From an uncultured Flavobacteriaceae bacterium (GTDB lineage: Bacteria > Bacteroidota > Bacteroidia > Flavobacteriales > Flavobacteriaceae): a stretch of DNA of 64,000 nucleotides. The stretch covers positions 84,368 through 148,367 of the forward strand of contig CASIAX010000008.1 of NCBI GenBank assembly GCA_949372955.1, written 5' to 3'. Made by a program: the position numbers and the translations under genes. Within the stretch, counting starts at the first letter, position 1. Every line of letters starts with the position of its first letter. The notes under the pieces are model-generated. The model was given only the letters and a program-made list of their open reading frames with translations, was not told where the DNA came from and did not search any database. Shown here one piece after another: positions 1 through 9,789 of the stretch.

Positions 1-531
1 ATCTATTACATGCATCGTGTGTCTAACAGACGCTGCTAGAATTTGTGTTGTAAACCCATAGTTATCATAAATTAATCTGATTTCTGCAATTAAATTTAAA
101 CCATCTGTTGAAATATCATCTAACCTACCTATAAATGGTGACACATAAGTTGCTCCAGCTTTAGCGGCTAAAAGTGCTTGACCAGCAGAAAAAACTAATG
201 TTACATTAGTTTTAATATCGTTATCACTAAAATATTTTGCAGCTTTAATTCCATCTTTAATCATAGGTAACTTTACAACTATCTGACTATGAAGATTTGC
301 TAATTCAGTTCCTTCAGAGATCATATTTTCAAAGTCTGTTGCAATGACCTCTGCTGAAACGTCACCATCTACTATATCACATATATCTTTATAATGTTGT
401 AAAATATTTTTAGCTCCAGTAATTCCTTCTTTAGCCATCAAGGAAGGATTAGTGGTAACACCATCCAAAACACCTAAGTCTTGTGCTTCTTTGATTTGAT
501 CTAAATTTGCTGTGTCAATAAAAAATTTCAT
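1..531 (-). CDS. fsa: Fructose-6-phosphate aldolase / short (type 3B) transaldolase, first 177 codons; the 3' end lies off the left edge
   Basis: Not on the ORF track because it runs off the window. My minus-strand translation from ATG (complement of 529-531) reads [39 protein letters not shown]...[10 protein letters not shown]...[15 protein letters not shown] and stays open to position 1. This is the typical short transaldolase/FSA family sequence. Confidence 0.85.
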   Translation of the reverse strand, partial: MKFFIDTANLDQIKEAQDLGVLDGVTTNPSLMAKEGITGAKNILQHYKDICDIVDGDVSAEVIATDFENMISEGTELANLHSQIVVKLPMIKDGIKAAKYFSDNDIKTNVTLVFSAGQALLAAKAGATYVSPFIGRLDDISTDGLNLIAEIRLIYDNYGFTTQILAASVRHTMHVID

Positions 532-631
532 AGTAGACTGATTTAATTAAAATTAATATTTAAAATTACAATAAATAAAAAAAATAAAAATTGAAATACA
601 TATAAACATATTAACAAATTGGTGAATAGTT

Positions 632-1429
632 TTAATAACTTCTCATCACTATATATTCAAATAATTTCTGAGGAAGAAGGAGTTTTAGATATGGGGCAAC
701 TGTTTCTAAAAAAGAGCCAACTGTGTATTTCTTTTTGGGATTATTAGTGTTGATTATCTTAAAAACTAGTTTAGCAATTAATTTAGGGTCTGAACCGCTA
801 TCAACATGCTCGTTCATCAATTTAAGAGCTTTAGAATAACTAGAGAAGTATACAGAGTTCTTTTTAATTAACGCATGGTATCTTCTAGAAGCGATGTTTG
901 TTGCAAACTCACCAGGAGCTATAGTCACAACATTAATATTAAATGGCTTAGTTTCCATGTTTAAGGTTTCAGAAACTAAATCTAAAGCAGCTTTACTTGC
1001 GCTGTAAATAGATCTATATGGAGTACCTACATAAGCAGAAACTGATGTAACATTGATAATTAAACCTTGTTTATTTTCTCGCATTACAGGTAAAACCTTT
1101 TTAATAATATTTATAGGACCAAATAAGTTTGTTTTAAAATTATTTTCTATTTCGTTTTCTGGCAACTCTTCCAAAGGTCCTGTAATACCTACTCCTGCAT
1201 TATTAATTAAAACATCAACTCTACCTTCAATCTTGATTATTTCCCCAACACAGAGATCTATACTTGAGGATTTTTGCACATCTAAATCTAATAATGTAAA
1301 ATTAGAATTTATATAATTAGAAGAATTTCTACTTGTTCCATAAACTTTGAAACCTTTAATAGTTAAAAAATCTCCTAAAGCCTTACCTATACCAGAAGAA
1401 GCTCCTGTGATTAAAATTACTTTTGACAT
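632..1429 (-). CDS. Short-chain dehydrogenase/reductase (SDR) family oxidoreductase
   Basis: 265-aa ORF with Rossmann motif ITGASSGIG, NNAG, and catalytic YSASK. Confidence 0.85.
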   Translation of the reverse strand: MSKVILITGASSGIGKALGDFLTIKGFKVYGTSRNSSNYINSNFTLLDLDVQKSSSIDLCVGEIIKIEGRVDVLINNAGVGITGPLEELPENEIENNFKTNLFGPINIIKKVLPVMRENKQGLIINVTSVSAYVGTPYRSIYSASKAALDLVSETLNMETKPFNINVVTIAPGEFATNIASRRYHALIKKNSVYFSSYSKALKLMNEHVDSGSDPKLIAKLVFKIINTNNPKKKYTVGSFLETVAPYLKLLLPQKLFEYIVMRSY

Positions 1430-1467
1430 GTGGTTGGAATATTATAAAGGAAATATAATAAAAAAAA

Positions 1468-1561
1468 GGCAAGCTACCTACATCACACCGCTACAACCGT
1501 ATACCTTTGCTGTGTTCCCACTCTGGAGGATTAAACAGGAGCTAGTTGTGTAGGACTTGCC
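1468..1561 (-). ncRNA. ffs: Signal recognition particle RNA (small bacterial 4.5S type)
   Basis: The minus strand reads GGCAAGUCCUACACAACUAGCUCCUGUUUAAUCCUCCAGAGUGGGAACACAGCAAAGGUAUACGGUUGUAGCGGUGUGAUGUAGGUAGCUUGCC. It forms one long hairpin closed by GGCAAG/CUUGCC. It has an apical GUG-GGAA-CAC tetraloop followed by AGCA, and CUGUUUA on the 5' strand, as in E. coli 4.5S domain IV. Confidence 0.8.
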
Positions 1562-1639
1562 AATGTAAATATACAAATGATTTATAATACGCTAAGATTT
1601 TTTTAAGTTAATTTAAATAAATAAATTGCCAATATACTA

Positions 1640-2677
1640 ATGCTTATGAGCTTCAAAATATTAAAAATAATTTTATCCATCTTTTTATTTGGATGCAGCA
1701 ATAATCTTGATGCTAATTTAAATATCACATCAAATATTAAAGAAAAACTACAGCGCAACGAAACCATTAAATTAACTGTCAATGAAAAATTTGATTCGAT
1801 TAAGATTTATAGCTCAAGTAAATTAATTTACAACTTTATAGACAACTCAATAAATAATTTAGAATTTGAGCTTGAAAATTTAAGACTTGGTCAAAATAAT
1901 ATTAATATTGTTTCGTTTTTTAATAATAAAAATAAATCAAAAAAATATAGTTTTATTGTTCTAAATGATGAAAAACCGAAAATTTATTCTTACAAAATAA
2001 TTAATACTTACCCCCATGATATAAATTCTTATACTCAAGGGCTAGAATTTAGTAAAGGTTTTTTATACGAAAGCACTGGAAAATACGGTAAATCAAAATT
2101 AAGAAAAACTGAATATAAAACTGGTAAAACTTTATCAGAAATTAATATTTCTAATAAATACTTTGCTGAAGGATTAACAATCATGAATGATAAAATAATT
2201 CAATTAACATGGAGGGAAAAGATTGGATTAGTATATAATTTAGAGAACTTAGAATTAATAGACAAGTTCTATTACAATAAAAGTTTAGAAGGTTGGGGAC
2301 TATGTAATGATTCAACTAAAATATTCAAAAGTGATGGCACTGAAAAAATTTGGATACTAGACCCAAACACATATAAAGAAATTGATAATTTTGAAGTTTA
2401 TACTAATAAAGGCAAGGTTAATGGTCTAAATGAGTTAGAGTGGGTAAATGGTAAAATATACGCAAATAGATACTTAAAAAACGGAGTAGCAATTATTGAT
2501 CCGACTAATGGTGCAGTTGAAGGTGTAATTGATCTTTCTGGGCTAAAACAAAGAGTTACAAATCATAATAATTTAGATGTTTTAAATGGTATAGCATTCA
2601 ACAAAGAGAGTCAAACATTATTTGTTACAGGAAAAATGTGGGATAAGATATTTGAAATTGAGATAATAAAAAAATAA
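1640..2677 (+). CDS. Glutaminyl-peptide cyclotransferase (beta-propeller type) lipoprotein with about 110-aa N-terminal extension
   Basis: Signal peptide with lipobox LFGC. The C-terminal ~230 aa (YSYKIINTYPHD..YTQGLEF..LYESTGKYGKSKLRK..LTWRE..EGWGL..ELEWVNGKIYAN..LNGIAF) match the glutamine cyclotransferase family. Confidence 0.75.
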   Translation: MLMSFKILKIILSIFLFGCSNNLDANLNITSNIKEKLQRNETIKLTVNEKFDSIKIYSSSKLIYNFIDNSINNLEFELENLRLGQNNINIVSFFNNKNKSKKYSFIVLNDEKPKIYSYKIINTYPHDINSYTQGLEFSKGFLYESTGKYGKSKLRKTEYKTGKTLSEINISNKYFAEGLTIMNDKIIQLTWREKIGLVYNLENLELIDKFYYNKSLEGWGLCNDSTKIFKSDGTEKIWILDPNTYKEIDNFEVYTNKGKVNGLNELEWVNGKIYANRYLKNGVAIIDPTNGAVEGVIDLSGLKQRVTNHNNLDVLNGIAFNKESQTLFVTGKMWDKIFEIEIIKK

Positions 2678-2687
2678 GAATCTGATT

Positions 2688-4277
2688 ATGAGAAAGTTAT
2701 TTTCATTAGTATTAAATATTATTATTATCATCTTTTGGAGCTCATGTAGAGAAGATTTTAATTTTAATATTACTGAAACACAACTAAGCTTCTCAAAAGA
2801 TTCAGTCTACTTAGATACTGTCTTTACTAATATTGGTTCTAGTACTTACAATTTAAAAATATATAACAACTCAAACAACAACATTTTAATCCCTAGTATA
2901 AGCCTTGAAAACGGTGAGGATTCCTATTACAGATTAAATGTGGATGGTATGTATGGAGGTCAAAGTAATTCTGGGAAATACTTTGAAAATGTTGAATTAT
3001 TAGCAAAAGACAGTTTGTTTATTTTTATTGAGACCACAATAGATATTACAAATTTAACAAATGAGTCTAATCAATTTTTATACAATGATCAAATCAATTT
3101 TGAGACTGGTTTTAATTCTCAAAAAGTAGAGTTAATTACATTAGTAAAAGATGCGGTATTTATCTACCCACATAAATACATTGATGAAAACACTGGTGAA
3201 AGTATTACTGAAACATTGAGTTTTGACACAGATAATGATGGTAACTTAGAAGAAACTAATTTACAAGGACGGTTTTTATTAGAAAACGAATTGAATTTTA
3301 CAAATGAAAAACCCTATGTCATATATGGGTATGCAGCTGTACCAGAAAATAGCACTCTTACCATAGACAAAGGAGCAAGAATTCATTTTCATGCTAACTC
3401 AGGACTAATAGTGACTAGTGGCGCCTCAATTCATGTAAATGGTGAATTTAGTGAAAATCAAGAAACCCTAGAGAATGAAGTTGTTTTTGAAGGAGATAGA
3501 TTAGAAACTAGTTTTGAAAATACCCCAGGACAATGGGGTACTATTTGGCTATTTAAAGGGAGTGTTAACAATATTGTAAATTACTCGACAATAAAAAATT
3601 CGACAATAGGAATCTATGCTGAAGATATTTTGAATTCTAGCAACCAATTAGTTATTACTAATTCTAAAATTTATAATTCTAGTAATTTTGGGGTTTTAGC
3701 AAAGTCATCATCTATAGACGCAAGTAATTTAATCATTAACAAAAGTGGGCAATCATCATTTGCTGCTACTTATGGTGGAGATTATAATTTAACCCATTGC
3801 ACTATAACTAATTATTGGAATAGTAGTTTTAGGCAATTCCCTAGCTTATTAATTAATAACTATTTGATTGATAATGAAGGAGAAATAATAAATAACACAA
3901 ACTTAAATTTTAATATAAGTAACAGCATTATAAGCGGAAATGAAAATATTGAGTTTTTAGTAGAACAATACGATGACTCAAATTTAAATTTTATGTTTAA
4001 AAATTGTATGATTAAATTCAACGATATTAATGATAGTTTTTCAAACGAAAATAATTTTGATTTTACAAATACTGATAAATATCAAAGTTTATATTTAAAT
4101 TTAGATCCTGATTTTAAAAACCCTTATAACAATGAATTATTTATTCTTCAGGAGTCTGAACTAATTAATCTTGGAGACCAACAACTGTCTATAGAATTCC
4201 CATTAGATTTGCTGAACATTAGCAGAGTTAATGCACCTGATTTGGGTGCATATCAACATATTATAATTAATGATTAG
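2688..4277 (+). CDS. Hypothetical lipoprotein with parallel beta-helix-like repeats
   Basis: 529-aa ORF with signal peptide and Cys (FWSSC). N/S-rich repeats of the type NSTIGIYAED..ITNSKIYNSSNFGVLAKSS..LIINKSGQSS, and a C-terminal ..APDLGAYQ motif. Function not assignable. Confidence 0.55.
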   Translation: MRKLFSLVLNIIIIIFWSSCREDFNFNITETQLSFSKDSVYLDTVFTNIGSSTYNLKIYNNSNNNILIPSISLENGEDSYYRLNVDGMYGGQSNSGKYFENVELLAKDSLFIFIETTIDITNLTNESNQFLYNDQINFETGFNSQKVELITLVKDAVFIYPHKYIDENTGESITETLSFDTDNDGNLEETNLQGRFLLENELNFTNEKPYVIYGYAAVPENSTLTIDKGARIHFHANSGLIVTSGASIHVNGEFSENQETLENEVVFEGDRLETSFENTPGQWGTIWLFKGSVNNIVNYSTIKNSTIGIYAEDILNSSNQLVITNSKIYNSSNFGVLAKSSSIDASNLIINKSGQSSFAATYGGDYNLTHCTITNYWNSSFRQFPSLLINNYLIDNEGEIINNTNLNFNISNSIISGNENIEFLVEQYDDSNLNFMFKNCMIKFNDINDSFSNENNFDFTNTDKYQSLYLNLDPDFKNPYNNELFILQESELINLGDQQLSIEFPLDLLNISRVNAPDLGAYQHIIIND

Positions 4278-4278
4278 T

Positions 4279-5553
4279 TTAAATTGAAAAAAGCGGAAAT
4301 TTACTCATCATTGAATTGACATTCGAACCAATTTCCTTAAGCTTATCTTCATTATCATGATTCATTATAGCCTCATCAATAAAGTTTACAATTTTAGCCA
4401 TATCATCAGTATCTAAACCTCTAGTTGTAACAGCAGCAGTACCTACTCTTATACCAGAAGTAACAAATGGGGATTTATCATCAAAAGGTACCATATTTTT
4501 GTTTACTGTAATATCAGCGACACCAAGAGCATATTCTGCAGACTTTCCATCAATACCTTTATTTCTAAGATCTATTAACATCATATGATTATCTGTTCCA
4601 TTAGAAATAATATTGTAGCCTTTTTTTATGAATTCATTCGCCATTACCTGGGCATTTTTTTTAACATTTAAAATATAATACATAAAATCATCTTGTAAAG
4701 CCTCCTCAAAAGCTATTGCTTTAGCCGCAATAACATGTTCAAGTGGACCACCTTGATTGCCTGGGAAAATAGCTAAATCAAGCAATGAAGACATTTTTTT
4801 CAACTTCCCACTTTTAAATTTAATTCCAAAAGGATTTTCAAAATCTTCACCCATCAATATTAAACCACCTCTTGGACCTCTTAATGTCTTATGAGTTGTA
4901 GTAGTTACTATGTGACAAAAAGGAACAGGGTCATTCAAAACTCCTTTGGCTATCAAACCGGAGGGATGAGAAATATCTCCTAATAATAAAGCATTTACAC
5001 TATCTGCAATCTCTCTAAACCTCTCATAATCAATATCCCTCGAATACGCTGAAGCACCAGCTATTATCATTTTAGGTTTCTCTCTAGTAGCAATTTCTTG
5101 TATTTTATCGTAATTTAAGATTCCAGTATCTTTTTCTACTCCGTAAAAAACAGGATCATATAATTGTCCAGAAAAATTAACGGAGGAACCATGCGTTAAA
5201 TGTCCACCATGTGACAGATCAAATCCTAAGATTTTATCTCCAACATTTAAACAAGCAAAAAAAACAGCAGAATTTGCCTGACTTCCAGAGTGAGGTTGTA
5301 CGTTAGCCCAACAAGCACCAAAAAGTTTTTTCGCCCTTTCTATAGCTAATGTTTCAATTTTATCCACTACCTCACAACCGCCGTAGTACCTCTTGCCAGG
5401 GTAACCTTCGGCATATTTATTTGTTAGTACAGAACCAGTAGCTTTCATCACATTATCACTTGTGAAATTTTCAGAAGCAATTAATTCAATCCCTTCAATT
5501 TGCCTAATTTTTTCTTCTTTGATTAAATCAAAGATTATTTGATCTTTTGACAT
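4279..5553 (-). CDS. glyA: Serine hydroxymethyltransferase
   Basis: 424 aa with [21 protein letters not shown], and the PLP-lysine context [14 protein letters not shown]. Confidence 0.95.
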   Translation of the reverse strand: MSKDQIIFDLIKEEKIRQIEGIELIASENFTSDNVMKATGSVLTNKYAEGYPGKRYYGGCEVVDKIETLAIERAKKLFGACWANVQPHSGSQANSAVFFACLNVGDKILGFDLSHGGHLTHGSSVNFSGQLYDPVFYGVEKDTGILNYDKIQEIATREKPKMIIAGASAYSRDIDYERFREIADSVNALLLGDISHPSGLIAKGVLNDPVPFCHIVTTTTHKTLRGPRGGLILMGEDFENPFGIKFKSGKLKKMSSLLDLAIFPGNQGGPLEHVIAAKAIAFEEALQDDFMYYILNVKKNAQVMANEFIKKGYNIISNGTDNHMMLIDLRNKGIDGKSAEYALGVADITVNKNMVPFDDKSPFVTSGIRVGTAAVTTRGLDTDDMAKIVNFIDEAIMNHDNEDKLKEIGSNVNSMMSKFPLFSI

Positions 5554-5674
5554 GTAGTAATTTATTAATATTTATAGTTCAAAAATAAACAAATGGCAGG
5601 TTTAATAATGCAAAAAACATATATTTGGTATCTTAGTTATTAAAAACTAATTAACAATAACTAGTTTTATTAAA

Positions 5675-6136
5675 ATGAAAGGGAAAATAACTATTACAAA
5701 TAAAAAAGCAAGGTTTGAATATGAAATTCTTGATAAGTATAACGCTGGCATAGTATTATCTGGAACAGAAATTAAATCTATACGACTTGGTAAAGCATCT
5801 ATTACCGAAAGCTTCTGTGAATTTAATGAATCAATCGAGCTATTTGTAGTTAATATGAATATTGAAACATACACTTTTTCTGCAAATTTTAACCATTTCC
5901 CTAAATCAACGAGAAAATTACTGCTAAATAAAAAAGAACTTCAAAAGTTAAATAAAAGTGTAAAAAACACTGGTCTGACTATAATTCCTCTAAAATTATA
6001 TACCAATGAAAAAGGAATTGCTAAGCTAGAGATAGCACTTGCAAAAGGAAAAAAACTTTATGACAAAAGGCAGACGATGATCGATCGTGATAATAAAAGA
6101 AACTTAGACCGTGTTAAGAAGGAAAACAAAAGTTAA
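5675..6136 (+). CDS. smpB: SsrA-binding protein
   Basis: 153 aa with NKKARFEYEI..GTEIKSIR..LLLNKKEL..AKGKKLYDKR. Its stop overlaps the convergent pcm stop by 4 nt. Confidence 0.9.
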   Translation: MKGKITITNKKARFEYEILDKYNAGIVLSGTEIKSIRLGKASITESFCEFNESIELFVVNMNIETYTFSANFNHFPKSTRKLLLNKKELQKLNKSVKNTGLTIIPLKLYTNEKGIAKLEIALAKGKKLYDKRQTMIDRDNKRNLDRVKKENKS

Positions 6137-6774
6137 TTTTTCTCTTTTAAAAGGGGAACAAACTGAAAATCTCCAAATTCAACTTTTTTATATTTTTTTT
6201 CAGAAATTTTAATAATCATTGTCATTGTTTGAGTATCAACTCCTAATGGTATAACTAATTTTCCATTTATTTTAAGCTGAGATAGTAACATTTTTGGGAT
6301 ATATGGAGCACCAGCAGTGACAATAATAGAATCATAAGGTGCTTCATTTTCATAGCCCTGATAACCATCACCAAATATTAATTTTTTAGGATAACAACCT
6401 ATTTTTGGTAAAAACAAAGATGTTTTTTTAAATAACTCTTTTTGTCTCTCTACTGAGTAAACAATAGCTCCAAGCTCACATAATACAGCTGTTTGATAGC
6501 CACTACCAGTACCTATTTCTAGTATTTTATCTCCTTTATTAACTTTTAGTAATTCTGATTGAAAAGCTACAGTGTAGGGTTGAGAAATTGTTTGTCCAGC
6601 TCCAATAGGGAAAGCTTTATCTTGGTAAGCATGATCTATAAAACTTGAATCCATAAATAAGTGTCTAGGAATAGACTCAATAGCCTTTAAAACCTTAAAG
6701 TCTAAAACTCCTTTACGCTTCACTTCAAGAGCTAACTTGTTCCTTAAACCTTTATGTTTAAATGTATCTTTCAA
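6133..6774 (-). CDS. pcm: Protein-L-isoaspartate O-methyltransferase
   Basis: 213 aa with QTISQPY and the SAM-binding motif LEIGTGSGYQTAVL. Confidence 0.9.
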   Translation of the reverse strand: MKDTFKHKGLRNKLALEVKRKGVLDFKVLKAIESIPRHLFMDSSFIDHAYQDKAFPIGAGQTISQPYTVAFQSELLKVNKGDKILEIGTGSGYQTAVLCELGAIVYSVERQKELFKKTSLFLPKIGCYPKKLIFGDGYQGYENEAPYDSIIVTAGAPYIPKMLLSQLKINGKLVIPLGVDTQTMTMIIKISEKKYKKVEFGDFQFVPLLKEKN

Positions 6775-6864
6775 GATTATAAAAGTAAATATATTTACAT
6801 TAAAATTCTAGCTTTATTATGGATATAAAAATATTACATTTGTACTGTAACTTAATGTAATAAA

Positions 6865-7755
6865 ATGAAAAGAAATATTGTAATTATTGGAGCTGGAACA
6901 ATGGGTAATGGTATTGCTCATACATTTGCTCAAAATAACTTTAAAGTTACTCTTATTGATATAAACCAAAGTTCATTAGACATGGCGTTAAAAACTATAT
7001 CTAATAATCTAGATAGAATGGTTACAAAAGAAAAGATTTCAATAGTGGAGAAAAAAAACACACTAAATAATATTACAACTAATACTAATATTAATAGTAC
7101 CGCTAGCGATGTTGATTTAGTAATTGAAGCTGCTACAGAAAACTTAGATTTAAAGATGAAAATATTTAAAGAACTAGATGACTACTACTCAAGTAATACA
7201 ATTTTAGCTTCAAATACTTCCTCAATTTCTATTACTCAAATTGGTTCATCTACAAATAGGCCTAATAAAGTTATAGGCATGCATTTTATGAACCCAGTTC
7301 CAATTATGAAATTAGTTGAAGTTATTAAAGGCTATGAAACTGATTTAGAAACTTTAAAGTTTATTAATAATATCACAAAAGAAGTAAAAAAAATTCCTGT
7401 AGAAGTTAATGACTACCCTGGGTTTATTGCTAATAGAATTTTACTACCTATGATAAATGAAGCAATCGAATCTCTTCACCATGGAGTTAGCTCTGTGAAA
7501 AGTATTGATACTATTATGAAATTAGGAATGGGACACCCTATGGGGCCGCTTCAATTGGCTGATTTTATAGGGCTAGACGTGTGCTTATCGATATTAAATG
7601 TAATGTATGACGGATTTAAAAGTCCGAAATATATTGCTTCTCCTCTACTTAAAAACATGGTATTAGCAGGAAAGCTAGGAATTAAGTCAAAAGAAGGGTT
7701 TTATGATTATTCTAATTCTAAAAAAGCCGAAGTTGTTTCTAAACAATTTCAATAA
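6865..7755 (+). CDS. 3-hydroxyacyl-/3-hydroxybutyryl-CoA dehydrogenase
   Basis: 296 aa with NAD motif IGAGTMGNGIA, then SNTSS, HFMNPVP and GFIANR. Confidence 0.85.
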   Translation: MKRNIVIIGAGTMGNGIAHTFAQNNFKVTLIDINQSSLDMALKTISNNLDRMVTKEKISIVEKKNTLNNITTNTNINSTASDVDLVIEAATENLDLKMKIFKELDDYYSSNTILASNTSSISITQIGSSTNRPNKVIGMHFMNPVPIMKLVEVIKGYETDLETLKFINNITKEVKKIPVEVNDYPGFIANRILLPMINEAIESLHHGVSSVKSIDTIMKLGMGHPMGPLQLADFIGLDVCLSILNVMYDGFKSPKYIASPLLKNMVLAGKLGIKSKEGFYDYSNSKKAEVVSKQFQ

Positions 7756-7760
7756 TTGTT

Positions 7761-8414
7761 ATGAGTATAGAGAAAAAAATAAGTCAAATTCAATCACAGG
7801 TTGGTAGTAAAGTCAGTCTAGTAGCGGTTTCTAAAACAAAAAGTGAAATTGAAATTACGAGAGCCTATAAATTTGGACAACGAATTTTTGGTGAAAATAA
7901 AGTACAAGAGCTTGTTTCAAAACAAAACAACTTACCAAAGGATATCAACTGGCATATGATAGGGCATCTTCAAAGAAATAAAGTAAAGTACATTGCTCCA
8001 TTTATAAAACTAATTCACGGAGTTGACAATTTAAAACTTTTGAAAGAAATAAATAAACAAGCAAAAAAAAATAATAGAAAAATAGATTGTTTAATTCAAA
8101 TAAAAATATCTTCAGAAGAAAGTAAATTTGGTCTTACATATAATGATGCTTCAAGCTTACTAAAATCAGAATTTATTTCGGAACTAGAAAACATTAATAT
8201 AGCTGGATTTATGGGTATGGCGAGCAATACAAGTGAGCAATCTATACTAAAAAAGGAGTTTAATTTATTGAATGATTTTTTTAACGAATTCAAAAAAAAT
8301 GATAAAAATATAAAAACATTGTCTATGGGTATGAGTAATGATTATATACTTGCTGTAGACTGCGGAAGTAACATGATTAGAGTTGGTAGTAATATTTTTG
8401 GATCTAGAAATTAA
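7761..8414 (+). CDS. yggS: YggS-family pyridoxal-phosphate homeostasis protein
   Basis: 217 aa with LVAVSKTK (PLP lysine), FGENKVQE, HMIGHLQRNK and LSMGMSNDY. Confidence 0.85.
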   Translation: MSIEKKISQIQSQVGSKVSLVAVSKTKSEIEITRAYKFGQRIFGENKVQELVSKQNNLPKDINWHMIGHLQRNKVKYIAPFIKLIHGVDNLKLLKEINKQAKKNNRKIDCLIQIKISSEESKFGLTYNDASSLLKSEFISELENINIAGFMGMASNTSEQSILKKEFNLLNDFFNEFKKNDKNIKTLSMGMSNDYILAVDCGSNMIRVGSNIFGSRN

Positions 8415-8423
8415 AAGATTATC

Positions 8424-9785
8424 ATATATAGCATTGTTGATATAGAGACTACTGGAGGGAAATTCAATGAGGAAGGAATTACAGAAATTGCTATCTATAA
8501 ATTTGACGGTAATGAAGTGGTCGATAAGTTTATATCTTTAATTAACCCAGAAAAAAGCATTCAGCCTTTTGTAGTTAATCTTACAGGTATTAATAATAAA
8601 ATGCTTCGCAATGCACCTAAATTTCACGAAGTTGCTAAAAGAATCTTAGAAATAACTGAAGACACAATTTTTGTTGCACATAACACCTCCTTTGATTTTA
8701 GGATATTAAAAACTGAATACAGTAGACTTGGCTATAATTTTAAAAGAAATACATTATGTACTTTAGAATTATCAAAAAAGTTAATTCCAGATATGAATTC
8801 TTATAGTCTAGGTAAACTAACCAAACAACTAGGAATACCTCTTACTCAACGCCATAGAGCTAGTGGAGATGCTTTAGCTACAGTTAAGTTATTTAAATTA
8901 TTATTAGATAAAGATTTAGAGAAAAAAATTATTATTGAAAATATAAAAAATAGTAATAAAAATAGTTTGCCTAAAAAATTGAATCAAATTTTAGATAACT
9001 TGCCTAACAGTGTTGGCATATATTATATGCATGATGAAAATTCTAAGATAATTTATATCGGTAAGAGTAAAAACATAAAAAAAAGAATTAACCAGCATTT
9101 TGCAGGCAAAGACAATAAGTCTAAGAAGTTACAACTTCATACAGAAACCGTTAGTTATGATGAAACAGGGAGTGAATTAATTGCTTTACTAAAGGAGAGT
9201 AATCAAATCAAATTACATAAACCTATCTACAATAGAAAGCTAAGAAAAAGTGTTTATCCATATGGACTTTACAGCTATAATGATGAAAATAACTATATAA
9301 ATTTAAAGATTTCTAAAATAAATACTTCTTCAAAACCAATAACTACGTTTAAAAATATTAATGCAGGCATAGAATTTTTAAATAAGCTTATCAATGAATA
9401 CAATTTGTGTCAAAAACTTTGTGGAATTTATAAATCTAAAAACAGTTGTTTTAAGTACTCAATTAAAGAATGCTCCGGGGCCTGTATTAATTTGGAGAAA
9501 TATAAAGATTATAATCTAAGAATCTTAAAAGCTATTAAGTACCTAAATTTTGACAAGCAAAATTTTGCTATTATTGATAAGGGAAGAAATATAGATGAAA
9601 ATAGTTTTATTTTAGTAGAAGATGGTTTGTTTATTGGTTTAGGATATTTTAACTTAAATTTTCAAATTAACAATATTGATGTTTTAAAAACAATTTTGAT
9701 AAAAATGGATCAAAACAAAGACAACCAACTAATAATACAAAGTTTTTTAAAGAAATCAAAAAAAGTAAAACTTTTACAATACTAA
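8424..9785 (+). CDS. DnaQ-like 3'-5' exonuclease fused to a GIY-YIG nuclease domain; start codon uncertain and non-canonical
   Basis: The track ORF starts at GTG 8517. The frame is open from 8415 and encodes IIYSIVDIETTGGKFNEEGITEIAIYKF, the Exo I motif. Only ATT 8418, ATC 8421 and ATA 8424 are available as starts. Downstream lie HNTSFDFRIL, HRASGDA, and the GIY-YIG motif VGIYYMHDE..IIYIGKS. Confidence 0.7.
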   Translation: MYSIVDIETTGGKFNEEGITEIAIYKFDGNEVVDKFISLINPEKSIQPFVVNLTGINNKMLRNAPKFHEVAKRILEITEDTIFVAHNTSFDFRILKTEYSRLGYNFKRNTLCTLELSKKLIPDMNSYSLGKLTKQLGIPLTQRHRASGDALATVKLFKLLLDKDLEKKIIIENIKNSNKNSLPKKLNQILDNLPNSVGIYYMHDENSKIIYIGKSKNIKKRINQHFAGKDNKSKKLQLHTETVSYDETGSELIALLKESNQIKLHKPIYNRKLRKSVYPYGLYSYNDENNYINLKISKINTSSKPITTFKNINAGIEFLNKLINEYNLCQKLCGIYKSKNSCFKYSIKECSGACINLEKYKDYNLRILKAIKYLNFDKQNFAIIDKGRNIDENSFILVEDGLFIGLGYFNLNFQINNIDVLKTILIKMDQNKDNQLIIQSFLKKSKKVKLLQY

Positions 9786-9789
9786 AAAA

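Noticed and set aside
1053-1316. 87-aa antisense ORF inside the SDR gene. The same goes for other shadow ORFs at 5647..5874, 8096..8293, 10062..10319, 22373..22642, 29268..29462, 29794..30039, 32746..32937, 33496..33717, 35562..35807, 43620..43835, 46554..46751, 46788..46976, 48021..48239, 52269..52496, 53491..53691 and 58117..58377
   Set aside because: Each lies wholly inside, or mostly antisense to, a well-supported conserved gene. They have low-complexity I/L/F/S-rich composition, as expected from the reverse of AT-rich coding DNA, and show no recognisable motifs.
1347-1553. 68-aa track ORF on the plus strand
   Set aside because: It overlaps the 5' end of the SDR gene in antisense and covers the SRP RNA hairpin. 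Its sequence is explained by those two features.
8412-8414. Stop-codon readthrough fusing YggS to the exonuclease (the two are in the same frame)
   Set aside because: I know of no precedent for such a fusion. The TAA is a strong stop, and an AUH start or a base error is more parsimonious.
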